A stretch of 62,508 nucleotides of DNA, the filler included, from Collodictyon triciliatum (lineage: Eukaryota): NCBI GenBank assembly GCA_043381765.1. It is 6 parts of 6 records of this genome, joined end to end, with 100 filler letters (N's around TTAATTAATTAA, not from the genome) between each part and the next. Parts side by side here need not be neighbours in the genome. Positions count along the whole stretch, not along the records: positions 44,450 to 55,448 come from JBHJMP010002506.1; positions 55,549 to 62,508 come from JBHJMP010002565.1; 4 more parts are not named here. One strand, 5' to 3'. Of the stretch, positions 46,038-57,999 are shown piece after piece; the first letter of the stretch is position 1; each line of letters opens with the position of its first letter. The translations under genes were made by a program, and so were the position numbers. A model generated the notes under the pieces. That model worked only from the letters and a program-made list of their open reading frames with translations. It was not told where the DNA came from and made no database searches.

Positions 46038-47553
46038 TAAGTATATATTCCAAAGAGAAAAGGGTTATTCACATGTAGAAACATGAACTAAAAAAGGAAA
46101 AAAAGGAAAGAGGGGAAGAAGAGTTTGTACTCTATTCAAACAATATGAGACAGTTGTAATTGCTATATTATTANNNNNNNNNNNNNNNNNNNNNNNNNNN
46201 NNNNNNNNNNNNNNNNNNNNNNNNNNNNNNNNNNNNNNNNNNNNNNNNNNNNNNNNNNNNNNNNNNNNNNNNNNNNNNNNNNNNNNNNNNNNNNNNNNNN
46301 NNNNNNNNNNNNNNNNNNNNNNNNNNNNNNNNNNNNNNNNNNNNNNNNNNNNNNNNNNNNNNNNNNNNNNNNNNNNNNNNNNNNNNNNNNNNNNNNNNNN
46401 NNNNNNNNNNNNNNNNNNNNNNNNNNNNNNNNNNNNNNNNNNNNNNNNATCCCTATCCCTATCCCTATCCCTATCCCTATCACCACAACCACCCGCATCT
46501 CGTTCCACACCCTGAGACGCATCCTCCTTCTCTTGAACCCGCCCGATAGGCAGGACGCAGGCAGGACGCCGAGGGCACAGCGGACGGCAGCGAGGCAGAG
46601 TCGTCACCTAAGATCGGGAGGCTCGAGGGGCCGAAGGCAGAGGCCGCAACAAAGCGCGTCAGCACCGGCGAGTCCTGCATCGTGGCCTCTCCCGGTGCCC
46701 CCGCCTTGGTGCAGCGCCCCCGCCCTCCCAAGTACGTCGGGATTGTCCCTGCGCTTCTGCGCCTGCTGTGGGAGGTTGACCACGAAGTATCGACCAGGCC
46801 CTTCTGGTTCTGGACCGGGCTCCGAATCCCGCAAACCCTCTTCTTCCGCCCGGTCTTGACCCTGGCAACCTGCGCGATGGGCCAGAGACCCTCGGAGGAC
46901 GCCGACTGACGGACCGCCTCTCCTCTTCTGCCCAGGGTGCGCCAACAGGGCCGATAAAAGTCCCAGACACACCAGCGCCGCAGGGGTGAGAAGGGATGAG
47001 CAGGGACCTGGACGACCCGTGTGTGCCTTTTCTTTTCCTTATTATCCTCTCCCGCTCTTTACGAATGCCTGATTACTATGGCGTCGGGGGTTTTGCATGG
47101 GACTCATGTTCTTTCCTGGTTGGCCTCTCACGGCCGGTCTCTGTGGATGGATCCAGTCGCCTCATATTGCCACTTTTGCCTCGCCAATTTCCATTCACAA
47201 CCAACCATGCGTACACAAAGCCTGCGATAGGGCGAGCGAGGACTCAACACTTTCTTTTTTTTCTTTTTTGTGCTACTTTAGTACGTTACTTGTATTATCA
47301 TCGTTAAATTGTCCTCGACAAAATAGATTCGAAGCTAATCAGAGTTTAGCATGTGCTCTTATCAAATGTCACTACAGCCACCACAGCTATAGTTACCAGC
47401 CCCGTAGATAGTAAGCGGATGAAAAAAGGAATAAGAATAGCACAGAATCACATACATTTTGTCATCATCATCACTATTATTATTTTTGCTACATATAAAT
47501 ATATCAAGAAAGAAGGGGTAAGAGAGGGAGAGAAAAATGTACGAATATCCCAC

Positions 47554-48468
47554 TCATACAAATGGGGCACAGTTTCGGCCTTGAGCGCACTCCATTAGAA
47601 GGGCCCATTGGGAACGTAGTGTGGCGTTTTCAGCAACAAGGAGATCGACAGAGCGAAGGAGCGAGTTGTGCGTCTCCATCAGACCCACAACCTCCTCCTC
47701 CAACTGCGCAATCCTCACACGAGTCCGAACCCGTGACCGGAGCGAAGCCATCCGGTTGTGCGCCCGCCGATTCTTTCGCCGAATCATTGCAACCTCTTCT
47801 GGACTCTGTGCCTGCGATACATCCACCCGAGGCCGTCTTTGCCGACTTTCAGGCCGACCATCTTGGACAATAAAGTCAAATCCTTTTCTTCTCTTCTCGT
47901 CGGTCTTTGACGGCAAACTCGAGCCAGCTTCGTCCTTTTGCGTCGGCACTGCTGACGGTGTTGATATTCCTGCTGTTGAGGTTGGTGCTGCAGCTCTTAG
48001 TGATGGTGTCGATGTGACCACTGCCGCTGTTGATAAAGGCGTAGTGGAAGATGGCTTCGGTTTCGTTATGGATGATATTGGAGCTGCGATGGAAGAGATT
48101 GGTGCTATCAAAGTTGTTGGTGTTCCCATGAGTGGGGTTGGTGTGACCAGCGAAGACGTTGGTGCTGCATATGCAACATGGGAAAGAGAATAGTCTCTGT
48201 GAGATAGGAAAAAGTCGCCAGTTGGTTGGTGAAGCGCGGTGGGCTGTTCGGTGTCAGAATCGTCCGAATCAGACGCAAAATAATTTGAGGACAACTGCAG
48301 AGGCGGCAGAGTCGCCTGTGGCAGTGATGATGGGAAAAGTCGCGCAGTGTTTGTGGCGAAGGAATGCAGGGACAGTTGTGCCGTTTGCTGTTGCTGTTGC
48401 TGTTGTTGTTGCTGTTGTTGTTGCTGTTGTTGGCTCGTCGGGAAGTAGGACGGAAGCAGGCTCATCAT
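47554..48468 (-). CDS. Intronless bZIP transcription factor (poly-Q, S/T/P-rich, C-terminal bZIP)
   Basis: RRAHNRMASLRSRVR basic region (N-x7-R) followed by L/I heptads. Confidence 0.88.
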   Translation of the reverse strand: MMSLLPSYFPTSQQQQQQQQQQQQQQQQTAQLSLHSFATNTARLFPSSLPQATLPPLQLSSNYFASDSDDSDTEQPTALHQPTGDFFLSHRDYSLSHVAYAAPTSSLVTPTPLMGTPTTLIAPISSIAAPISSITKPKPSSTTPLSTAAVVTSTPSLRAAAPTSTAGISTPSAVPTQKDEAGSSLPSKTDEKRRKGFDFIVQDGRPESRQRRPRVDVSQAQSPEEVAMIRRKNRRAHNRMASLRSRVRTRVRIAQLEEEVVGLMETHNSLLRSVDLLVAENATLRSQWALLMECAQGRNCAPFV

Positions 48469-48887
48469 TCTTGCAGGAGACTTTTCGCCGTCGGCTGCCT
48501 CGGGAAAAGTCTGTGTGGTGCGTTGTGCAATCTATGAAGAGAAGTGCCGGGTGTGAGGAACAATCGCACCGGGCGATAAGTTGTTGGAGATTTATCTTTG
48601 GCGTCGGTATCTCGTGGATATCCAGACAACCACACGGTGCGGAAAAGGTGGCGAAGTGTGCGGATTAATCGCATGTTTCGGACTGATTGTTCGGTTGGGA
48701 GGAAAGGCTCAGGCGCAGGAATCGCACAGCAATTGGGCTTTGCTTCGCGGATGCTGCTGCCGTGGGCGATTAATCTCTGGAAAAGTACTCGAACAATGTG
48801 TGCAAGCCGCTGAGGGTTTGGCACCACCGGGCTTAAGCTCATGCGGCATCGTTGTAGCCCGACACATGATTCAAGCCGCGATTTGGG

Positions 48888-49250
48888 TTTATATAGCCGC
48901 GTTACTGAAAAGGGGTATGTGTGGTGATTATCCAATAATGGAAACAGGGTGTCTTTGTATGGAAACGCGCACAGCAGAAATCCGAGGGAATTCCAAATTG
49001 TTTCGACAGATATATCCTTAATAGGAAGCACGTTGCCTCGTCTTCTGCGGAAATTCGTCGAAAAAGTTCTGCTGCGTGGTCGTTGCGGCGCAGCAGAATT
49101 CGCCGGGAATTCTGGTAAGAGCGGGGTGTACACGTCATGCTTTGTCTGATTCGGGATAAGCATTGTCATGATGACGTCATTTTCGATGATTAGGGCGAAT
49201 CTCGTGATTCTCGGGAAATAAAGCCTGAATGGTATCAACTGTGACGTCAC
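48888..49250 (-). promoter_or_regulatory. bZIP gene promoter: TATA box and CRE sites
   Basis: TATATAAA on the minus strand at 48888-48895; TGACGTCA at 49172-49179 and 49242-49249; TGACGTGT (minus) at 49130-49137. Confidence 0.65.
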
Positions 49251-49497
49251 ACTTCCTAAATTCATACTAGATTTTATATATATAATTAAAAAATATTTTA
49301 ACAATTATTAATTAGTCCTGAATTAGATCATTAAATGAAATTAAATTAATTTTGTGATATATTCCAGATATGATTAGTATACACTTTTTATCTTCCTTTC
49401 TCTTCCCTTAAAGCTCCTGCAAGCACAACCCCCAGCGCGTCTCTCATTAGTTTTTCAATCATCTTTGATATTATTGTTCTCCTTTTATTGATATTCT

Positions 49498-52279
49498 TCA
49501 AGGCTGGAAGAACTGATTAACGAAGGTCATGATGAGGAGAACAACGCCCAAGACAACAATAAGCAGATGTGTGATTTTTGTCAACAGCGTGTCCTGCCCC
49601 AGCATGCGAATGGAGCTGAAGTGGACGTGAACAGGCAGATAAAAGACATATGCCAGGCCGCAGACAGCACCAAGACAACTGGATTGAAAAGTAGTGAGAT
49701 GAGGTTAAACATACATGGGCGGAAATGGGGTTTAGCTAGATAAGGCAGATGAATTCAAGGATTTACCTGAGGATAATTCCTATCTCGATGTTGCTGATCG
49801 AAATCACCACAGAAAGTGCCATCAGCATTATATTGAGAGGAACAAATTGCCTGCGGGTAACATCCTTGTGGCCCAAGATGTTGACTGAATACGGATGCAT
49901 AGCCAGATATCATGTTTGGAGTTGTTTTTTATAAATTTTTTTATTATTATTTCTAGACCTTTTATCAATTGGTCTTCCCTCTGTGTCAGAGTGAGATAAG
50001 CAAAATAAAACAAAAGATGACAAAAAATCAGAGGACGAACCAAATAGCTGTGTTCTCACAATATACAGCAGAAGGGGATAGATTGTAGTCAGCTATAATC
50101 AGAGAGATATTTAACAACGTAGAAAACATAGAAGCCAATCACCACGCCGCAAACGACGCATAGTGTCAAATAAAGCCACCTTTACATTTAACTTAATTTT
50201 TTTTGATAAAAAAAACCTGAAAGAGAGTTCCCGAGCGAGCCACAAATGCATATACATCTCCAATTTCAAACATATCAAAGAAATTGGACTCAATTTCGTC
50301 GGCGGTATAGGCAAGGTTCGGAAGAATACCCACAAGCTTTTGTAGACCGGCATTGTGGAAGAGGGTTGTAAATAAAAAAACAATTTCACAAGGATGGTAT
50401 GTCAGTTTAAAAAGATATCAATAAAGTTTCTGGCGGGTGTGTTTTTACTTTTCTTCTTTCGATATAATATTTCATACATTCTTTTTTAAAAAAAAAATCT
50501 AACCAGATAGGATAATCCGACACACAAGTAGCCAATACAAAGATCTCTGGTATTTTTCGTCTGGTCTTTGTTTGATTTCATAATGCTAATGATGATGTTG
50601 TGAATAAAGAAGCCAACCATCATGATACCACATAGACTGATGAAACCACCCGACGCAAGTACAACATTGCTACCAAATCGAACACCTTTTGGAGATGTGA
50701 AACTCTTTACCACGAAAAACACCAGCATGAAAATTACGTTTACAATCCCAAACTGGTTGAATTTCAATAGAGCAGTGATTTCTGTCATTAGCGTCAGAGG
50801 GAATACGGCAGCAACCATGACAATCGGTGCGATGGTTCTTGTCCAATATTTGGAGTCTGGTTCCTCGAAGCCAGAGGGCGAGCCCTCCGACCAAAAGAAA
50901 AACATACTCACAAAGTCGAACAAACTGGCGCTCATGATGATAATATAGACTACACTAACACCAGCCATCAGTGCCACAGAAGCAATGAGGCAAACAGTAC
51001 GACCTCTTGGACCAATATAGTGGCGGCATGCATCCGCAAAGTCATCAAATTTTCCAAGAGAATGCTGCAAGACTAGAGTACACGAGTAGAAGCAAACAGA
51101 ACCAATCAACGTGATGATACCGATGCCCACAAGAATGCTGGAATACATGATTTTGTGTAAGTAGCAAAAGAAGATGCGAACAAGTAAATAATCAAGAAAA
51201 CGAAGAAAACAAAGTTTAAGACCGACGAGGATGCAGTTGAGTCTTTACTATAATGGCTTAATCTTTTTTTTAATCAAAAAAGTATTCAAACCCGCTCTCG
51301 CTAAAGGCCCATGGAAGAGCAAGTAACCCGGAGCCCATCATTGTATTCCAAATGCTGAATATTGTTGTCAAGCTACCGACTTTCTGCCCAGTTGTACTAG
51401 AAAGAAAAGACGAATCATTCATGTGATTGTTGACTAATGATTTGTGATTTAGAATCAAAATGCTTCTTTTTTTTTTTAAAAAAAATAATAATAATTATAA
51501 TTCAATATTTATCCATAGAAGATGACAAGTATTTGGCGAAAAAAAAGAGACAGATTTAGGACAACCAAGTTGCACGACTCGTTTTTAACTTACACGTAGG
51601 GCACGTAAAGGTCGGCAGGAAGAAGATGGCGAGGTGGATGAAACAGGTCAGGCTGAGAAGGTGATAGCATCTGATAGTATCTCAGTTTGGAATGCAGCAG
51701 ACTGTCCCTCTCAGGGATGAATGGACGACGCAATCGGTTCTCTTCATTGGCAGAGTTGTCTGAGCGACCTGTTTAAGTGTATAGACTGGTGATTTTCCTC
51801 CTTCGGTTGATATTGTAACAATCGAATGTCTTCATAGCAATATAAAAAAAAAAGGCAGTGGAGAAAGACGTACAAATCAGAAAAGACGAAATGAGAAGAG
51901 AAATTGATAACAGAGAAAAAAAAGAAGGGGAAATGCTGTTTTTTTTCTATAATGAAAAATAAAGAAATATGCGTAGGCAACATAATTGATGCAAGAGAGA
52001 AATAAGCAAAACGAAGGGTCTCTACTGGTGCCAGATCTGAGAAACATGGATTTAGACTGATCGTGACTCACTGGACAACGTTCGAGGGCTGCCTGGACGG
52101 TAGCTTGGCGGGCGGTAGTTTGGGCTGGGAGGATTCGAGGTATTTGGGCCGGCAACACCGAAGCCTTCCACGCCATATGACTCGGGGCGGTGATCCTCAG
52201 AGGTCCGGGTCAGTTGCGGCGAGTTCCTTGCCGGGCGCAGAAGCGGCTCGCGCTCTTCATCGTCCACGTTGACGGACAT
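49498..52279 (-). CDS. SLC38A9: Lysosomal amino-acid transporter/sensor SLC38A9-like, multi-exon
   Basis: EREPLL dileucine signal; KLRYYQML..PPRHLLP; SLTTIFSIWNTMMGSGLLALPWAF; GFFIHNIIISIMKSNKDQTKNTRDL. Confidence 0.85.
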
Positions 52280-52302
52280 TTGAAAGCGGGGCTGTGTTGT
52301 TT

Positions 52303-52339
<37 letters not shown>

Positions 52340-53062
52340 ATCGGATGGCTCGCGGGCTCTGAGACCAAGCAGATGAATCAAAAGGAGTAGGAGCATGACT
52401 TGCACTAGTTACGAAGCAAAAGTCCTTTTTTTTTTTCCGTCACTCTTTGTTATTATTATTATCATTGTTGATTGTGGTTATAGCCGAACACAAGCCATAG
52501 CTCCTTTTGCCAGAGTATGAGAGAGGAGGAGGACAGCTCGCCATGTTTCCGGATCAGGCTGTTTTACGCTTGACCAAGAGAACCGACGAAAGACGTTTCG
52601 ACCCTGACACAGCACAACTCTGAGCATAGAAGGTTGCTGCTCGCGGCTGCTCTGAACATGAGGCTTTAGAAGAATAGAAAACATGTGTAATGAAGAAGAA
52701 ATAAACAAAGGAATTAGAATACCACGACGATTCACACAGACCAAAAGGAAGTCTTATCGGTCTCTTCGTCGATTTTGTCTCTTTCCAGCGCGCCAAAAAC
52801 AATTGGATGGTGCGGAAATGAAATGAAATTTGGCGGCGGTAATATGTTACGATGTTCGTTATATCGTCCAAAGAAATCAGCCTTTTGTGGAATGAGGCAC
52901 GTATAGATACGGTATAAGTTATGCGGTATACTATGAACCAAACAAGGCGGTCCGAATCTGGCCATTTAGGTGTCCGACCCACACGCTTTCTACATCGGCA
53001 AACTTTGAAGCAGATCAAACCTGGGAGCAACAAGCCAAGAGCAAGCACTGTCGAAGAAAGAA

Positions 53063-53222
53063 AGAAACAAGAAATAAGAAACAAGAAATAAGAAACAAGA
53101 AATAAGAAACAAGAAATAAGAAACAAGAAATAAGAAATAAGAAATAAGAAATAAGAAACAAGAAATAAGAAACAAGAAATAAGAAACAAGAAATAAGAAA
53201 TAAGAAACAAAAGAAACAAAAA
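53063..53222. repeat. (AAGAAAY)n simple repeat
   Basis: Heptamer run. Confidence 0.9.
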
Positions 53223-53406
53223 ACTGAATCGCACTAATGCCCTTCCTACTAATTATCCGCGTTCACTTGAGATTATTTCTTCAGCCCTCTTTGGGCTACC
53301 GTATTTCTCTCTTGAAAATCTTATTTGAATAAACAGAGAAATAAGTAGATGGGAAATATAGACTCTTGTAAAGCTTATGCCTCATGTTTAGTTGGAGAAA
53401 ACATTT

Positions 53407-53467
53407 GAGGGCCACCTTCTGCCATTTTTTCCCTTTCTTCGATTCAAAGAGGGCCACTTTCTGCTAT
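53407..53467 (-). mobile_element. Tiny poly(A) retro-insert, copy F
   Basis: 19-bp repeat GAGGGCCACYTTCTGCYAT (53407-53425, 53449-53467) flanks TTTTTCCCTTTCTTCGATTCAAA. Confidence 0.72.
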
Positions 53468-53880
53468 ATTCACGAAAAGTTTTGTCTTGTCTGACCCTAC
53501 TCTCCGGACAAAGTAAAATAAAGTCTAGAGTGAACATTATAATTGTAACATAAAGTGTCGCAATAGATCCCGCTGCGGTTACAGGAACAGGGTCAAAATG
53601 AGCTCCAAAATCACAGGTTTCTTTGAGAAATCAATAAAATGTGCAAAGCTTATTTACATGTCGTCATCAGTCTCGCCATTATATATTTACAGACATACAA
53701 TTCGAATCATATGTATTTGTAAATATTCTTACCGATGATTCATGATTCTATTTTCTTTTGCGGATGATGTTAATTGGTGACTTAAATGATCATTCTTTGG
53801 ATATTTTTTTTAAGAAGCCTATTTCTTTATCAATTGGTGTATTATTTTTTGAAGTCGAAGAAAAACTCACATGTGAATAC

Positions 53881-55347
53881 ATGATCGCAGAACAAGAAAA
53901 ATACGAGTTTCTCTTCAAATTCATTATTATCGGAGACACGGGCACCGGAAAATCATGCATCCTACACCAGTTTTTGGAGGGGAAATGTAGGCGATAGTTA
54001 TAAACGTGATACAATTACACAAAAAGTTATAATTTGTCTTTATTCCTGCGCACCTTTGATCCAATATCAAGCAGATTTTTTGACAGAATTTCGTTCACAA
54101 TTTTACGTGTGTAATCTACCCTTTTGTTTAAACCTTAAAAGGAGTAAGACATACCAGAAGTCAGTAAATCACGATGTTATAGATTGAATTTAGTTCCTGA
54201 ATTGTCTATCATTTTTTTCACATCATTTCTTTTTGATGTTTTTTTCCCTTTTCGCTTGTAGTTTCAAGATCTAACAAACATACAATTGGAGTCGAATTTG
54301 GAGCAAAGGTATGTCCGCTTGTAATATCTTAATTTTCTTTTGCATAATATTGGTAATTATATGTCAACTATCTCATTTGACTAATATCCATGATAGATTA
54401 TTGATTGTAGCGGGAAAAAAATTAAACTTCAGATATGGGATACCGCTGGGCAGGAAAGATTTCGGTTTTTCTTCGTCGTATAGCAGATTCATGATTGCAT
54501 ACTCGATTATACTTACTTGAGCCTATCATCTTAAACTATCTTGCTTAATATTTGCAAAAGGTCTGTTGCTCGAAGTTACTATCGTGGGGCAGCAGCAGCT
54601 CTTCTTGTGTACGATATCACCAAGTATATTTAATTAATGTCCATACACAAAACCCACATCGAATATGATTGAAGAATATTCAAAAAAAGTCAAGAAAAAT
54701 AATATAAATGTCCAGCTGTATTGGATATGCCCGAATGGATCCTAATATAATACAACAACGCGCAACAGTTTTGCTTTCAAGAATAATATTTCACCTTTGC
54801 AGCTGACCTCTACTTAACCTGTCAAATAACTATTTTTTAAACAACTTTCGTTTACACGTTTTTTTTTTTGGGTTTTCTTTTTATTTGTTCCTTATCAATG
54901 CTAAAATATTTAACCTTTGTAATCGATAACATCCAGCCGAGAAACATTCATGCATGTAACAAATTGGCTGACAGAAGCAAAAAGCATCGCAAGCGATAAC
55001 ATCGTCATCATCCTAATCGGGAACAAAAAGGACTTAAGTGACCAACGCGAAGTCACCCTAATGGAGGCAACGACATTCTCCAGTGACCACGGTAGGTGTA
55101 ACTTACGGCACTTAGAAATTTTAATTACCTTGTAGTATCCATCCTCTTTCACGAAAAAACTAGACGGAACGTTAAAAAAAAAAAGAAGAAAAAAGTGTGT
55201 CTTAAGTCAATATATGGCTAGTTGTGACATATCATAACATACACGTTTAGGTTTGCTCTTCTTTGAAACGAGTGCCATGTCAGGGGAGAATGTCGAAGAG
55301 GCGTTTTTGCGATGCTCCAAATCGATTCTTGGCCGAGTGGAATCTGG
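53881..55347 (+). CDS. RAB4: Rab4-like GTPase, multi-exon; C-terminus lost at contig end, start uncertain
   Basis: [52 protein letters not shown]. Confidence 0.85.
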
Positions 55348-55365
55348 TCTTCTTTTCTTTTCTTT

Positions 55366-55448
<83 letters not shown>

Positions 55449-55548
55449 NNNNNNNNNNNNNNNNNNNNNNNNNNNNNNNNNNNNNNNNNNNNTTAATTAA
55501 TTAANNNNNNNNNNNNNNNNNNNNNNNNNNNNNNNNNNNNNNNNNNNN
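55449..55548. other. Artificial contig spacer
   Basis: Same 100-nt spacer. Confidence 0.98.
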
Positions 55549-55683
55549 TTGATTTTGATTTTGATTTTGATTTTGATTTTGATTTTGATTTTGATTTTGA
55601 TTTTGATTTTGATTTTGATTTTGATTTTGATTTTGATTTTGATTATTTTTTTTTTGATCGCGAATGTCACATCCATTTCACAA

Positions 55684-57572
55684 GGAGAAAAAGAAAACGA
55701 AAAACACAATACAGAAGATCCTCTGCAACACAAGCGGGCTTTTGGAAGAAAGCCTGAGGACAGGACTGCCCGACACAAAACCGTTGTCACAGGCGATGGA
55801 ATACCGAGCCATTCGTTTGGCAAACGAGCTCTTTGAGCAGCATTGTGAACAGGCAAGTGGAATGTTCCTTTATTTATCAAAGGAAGTCTTTCATTTTTGC
55901 CCTTTGTAAGTGTTCAAGAAGCAATACAACTTATGAAAAGTGATATCTTTTTATACCAAGTAAATAGTATAAAAAGACATCAAAAAGAAAAAGCTAAAGA
56001 CTAAAAACTGAAAGAAGAAAAAGGAGAGGTTTATAATAGAAATGAAGGCAGATGGAATCCCATTAATATATCAGCGATAGATATATGTGATTTTCGAGCA
56101 ACTGGACAGATGTATTGAAGAAAATATCCAACCTTGGTTTCGTCTTTTGGACTCTCGTGAGGGCGACATAATCAACCTAGTATTTTTCTACCATTATAAA
56201 AAAAAATATATGTCCTAGAAGATAAAATCGTACAGCCTAGTTCATCAAAGTTTTATTTTTATAACCATCCAATATTGTGGAATATGATTGACATGAATGC
56301 GCACATTTGTTTGCTAACATCGAATAGTGAAGGAATAAAAAAAAAAAGAAGAACATGATACATTCTATAAACCAGCCATATTAACCCTAATTATCTTTTG
56401 ATATATTGAAGGCTTTGGATACTCGTTTGTGCCTCCAAAAGCCATTCGCTAGCGCAGAGATTCAGGTCGCACAAATTCTGATAAAAATGAACCAGGCTCT
56501 ACAAAAGAATGGGAGGATAGTTGCATCTCCAAAACTTAGTAGTGATGGCAAACCAAGGGTTCCTGTACCCATCGATACTGTTCGCAGCAGGATTTTCTGT
56601 TCGATGAAAGATGTCATTTCCATCAATCTCCCGACTACTGATTTTTTTAGCAAAATGCAGTGCAGTTTTCAAACTTCCTACATCAGCAAAACTTTGCAAG
56701 CAGGTGATATCTGCATTATATCCGGTGGGTTCCCCGAAATTGATTTTCCTGTACTCTCTATCCAGAAACATAAACAGTTCGTTGGGGAGCGAGGTGTCGA
56801 TGGTATACAATTTAACAACCCAGGAGGACTTTGCGTTCACCCAATCACTCAAAATCTTTACATAGTGGACAACATAAATAACCGTATAGTTATTATTTCG
56901 CCTTCATTTGAATTGATTGGATACATAGACTCGAAAAAAAACTCGAAGCTATGTTTGAGGGATCCGATTGATATTGACATATCTGTGGATGGCAAGTTGT
57001 TCGCTATAACAGACGGCTCGTCCAAACTTTTATGGCTTCTCGATGGAGACGGAGAAATATTAAAGGTTATTGAACACGATGAAAGTTTTCCCTCCGACAA
57101 GAGGTATTCACACAGTGTCTGTTTCGATTTACATAAAAACATATATGTCTCGCTCACAAAGATGGGGTTTATTCACAAGTTTTCGCCAAGTGGAGACCTT
57201 ATTATGAACCTTGGTGAAATTCGCCCCCAGGGAAACGAAATACGATATCAAGGAATCACAATCAACGAAGAACATCAACTACTGGCTTCAGCCCAAGATT
57301 GCGATGTTATACATGTTTTTAACTTGACGGGTTCTATAATCAAAAGTATTGATATCCAAAAGACTGGAAATAACTGGACATTTCTTGCTCGTGGAACCGC
57401 TGGTGGATTTGTGATTTCGGACTGTGATACATCTACAGTATCTTTTTACAACAGACATGGGAAAAAAGAGCACCAGATCTCTCTCTTATATCCAACGGGA
57501 ATATGCTTCATGAACAAAGGTGCAGGCTTCTTTGCAATATCCTGTGACCAGTGTTCTGTCTATCGCTATTAG
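55684..57572 (+). CDS. NHL-repeat (beta-propeller) protein, 5' part uncertain
   Basis: Large last exon with QFNNPGGLCV..LYIVDNINNRIVI, LRDPIDIDI and LLYPTGICF. Confidence 0.75.
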
Positions 57573-57999
57573 CAACAGCGGAATTAACGAGCACGCCAAA
57601 AAATCAAAGCATCAGTCTCCCCACGCACAGACACTCAGCCAAATATTTTGAGAGAATAAAACAGCAAGGAAATAAAATGTGTTGTACTGATAGGGAAATT
57701 ATTAAAGAAATGATAGTATTAATACAATGCAAAGCTGTTTATAAATATACAAACTATGATGATTCCTCTTTATACTCACTTTGCAACAAATGAAATGGGA
57801 TTATAATATAGCGTGGGTGCAATACTATCAAAGAAGAAAAATGAATCCATATTCATAAAGTATTTCGTCACAAGTTTGCATACATAAAGCGTTGGTGTGC
57901 TGACTTGAAATTTTACTCTTAGTCACTAGTTCTCAAATAATCATAGTGGTTGCATGAAGTATTACGCATATCTGTATTATGATTTATTTGGTAACATCA

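Noticed and set aside
47554-47640. IRE1-type unconventional intron (HAC1/XBP1) after the bZIP
   Set aside because: No paired CNGCNG stem-loops found; the bZIP is C-terminal.
47562-48668. Plus-strand ORFs over the bZIP gene
   Set aside because: Antisense shadows of a GC-rich coding region.
48465-49304. 279-aa ORF as an independent gene
   Set aside because: It starts at a non-ATG codon, spans the TATA and CRE promoter, and has no recognisable domain; only its 3' part is considered, as a uORF.
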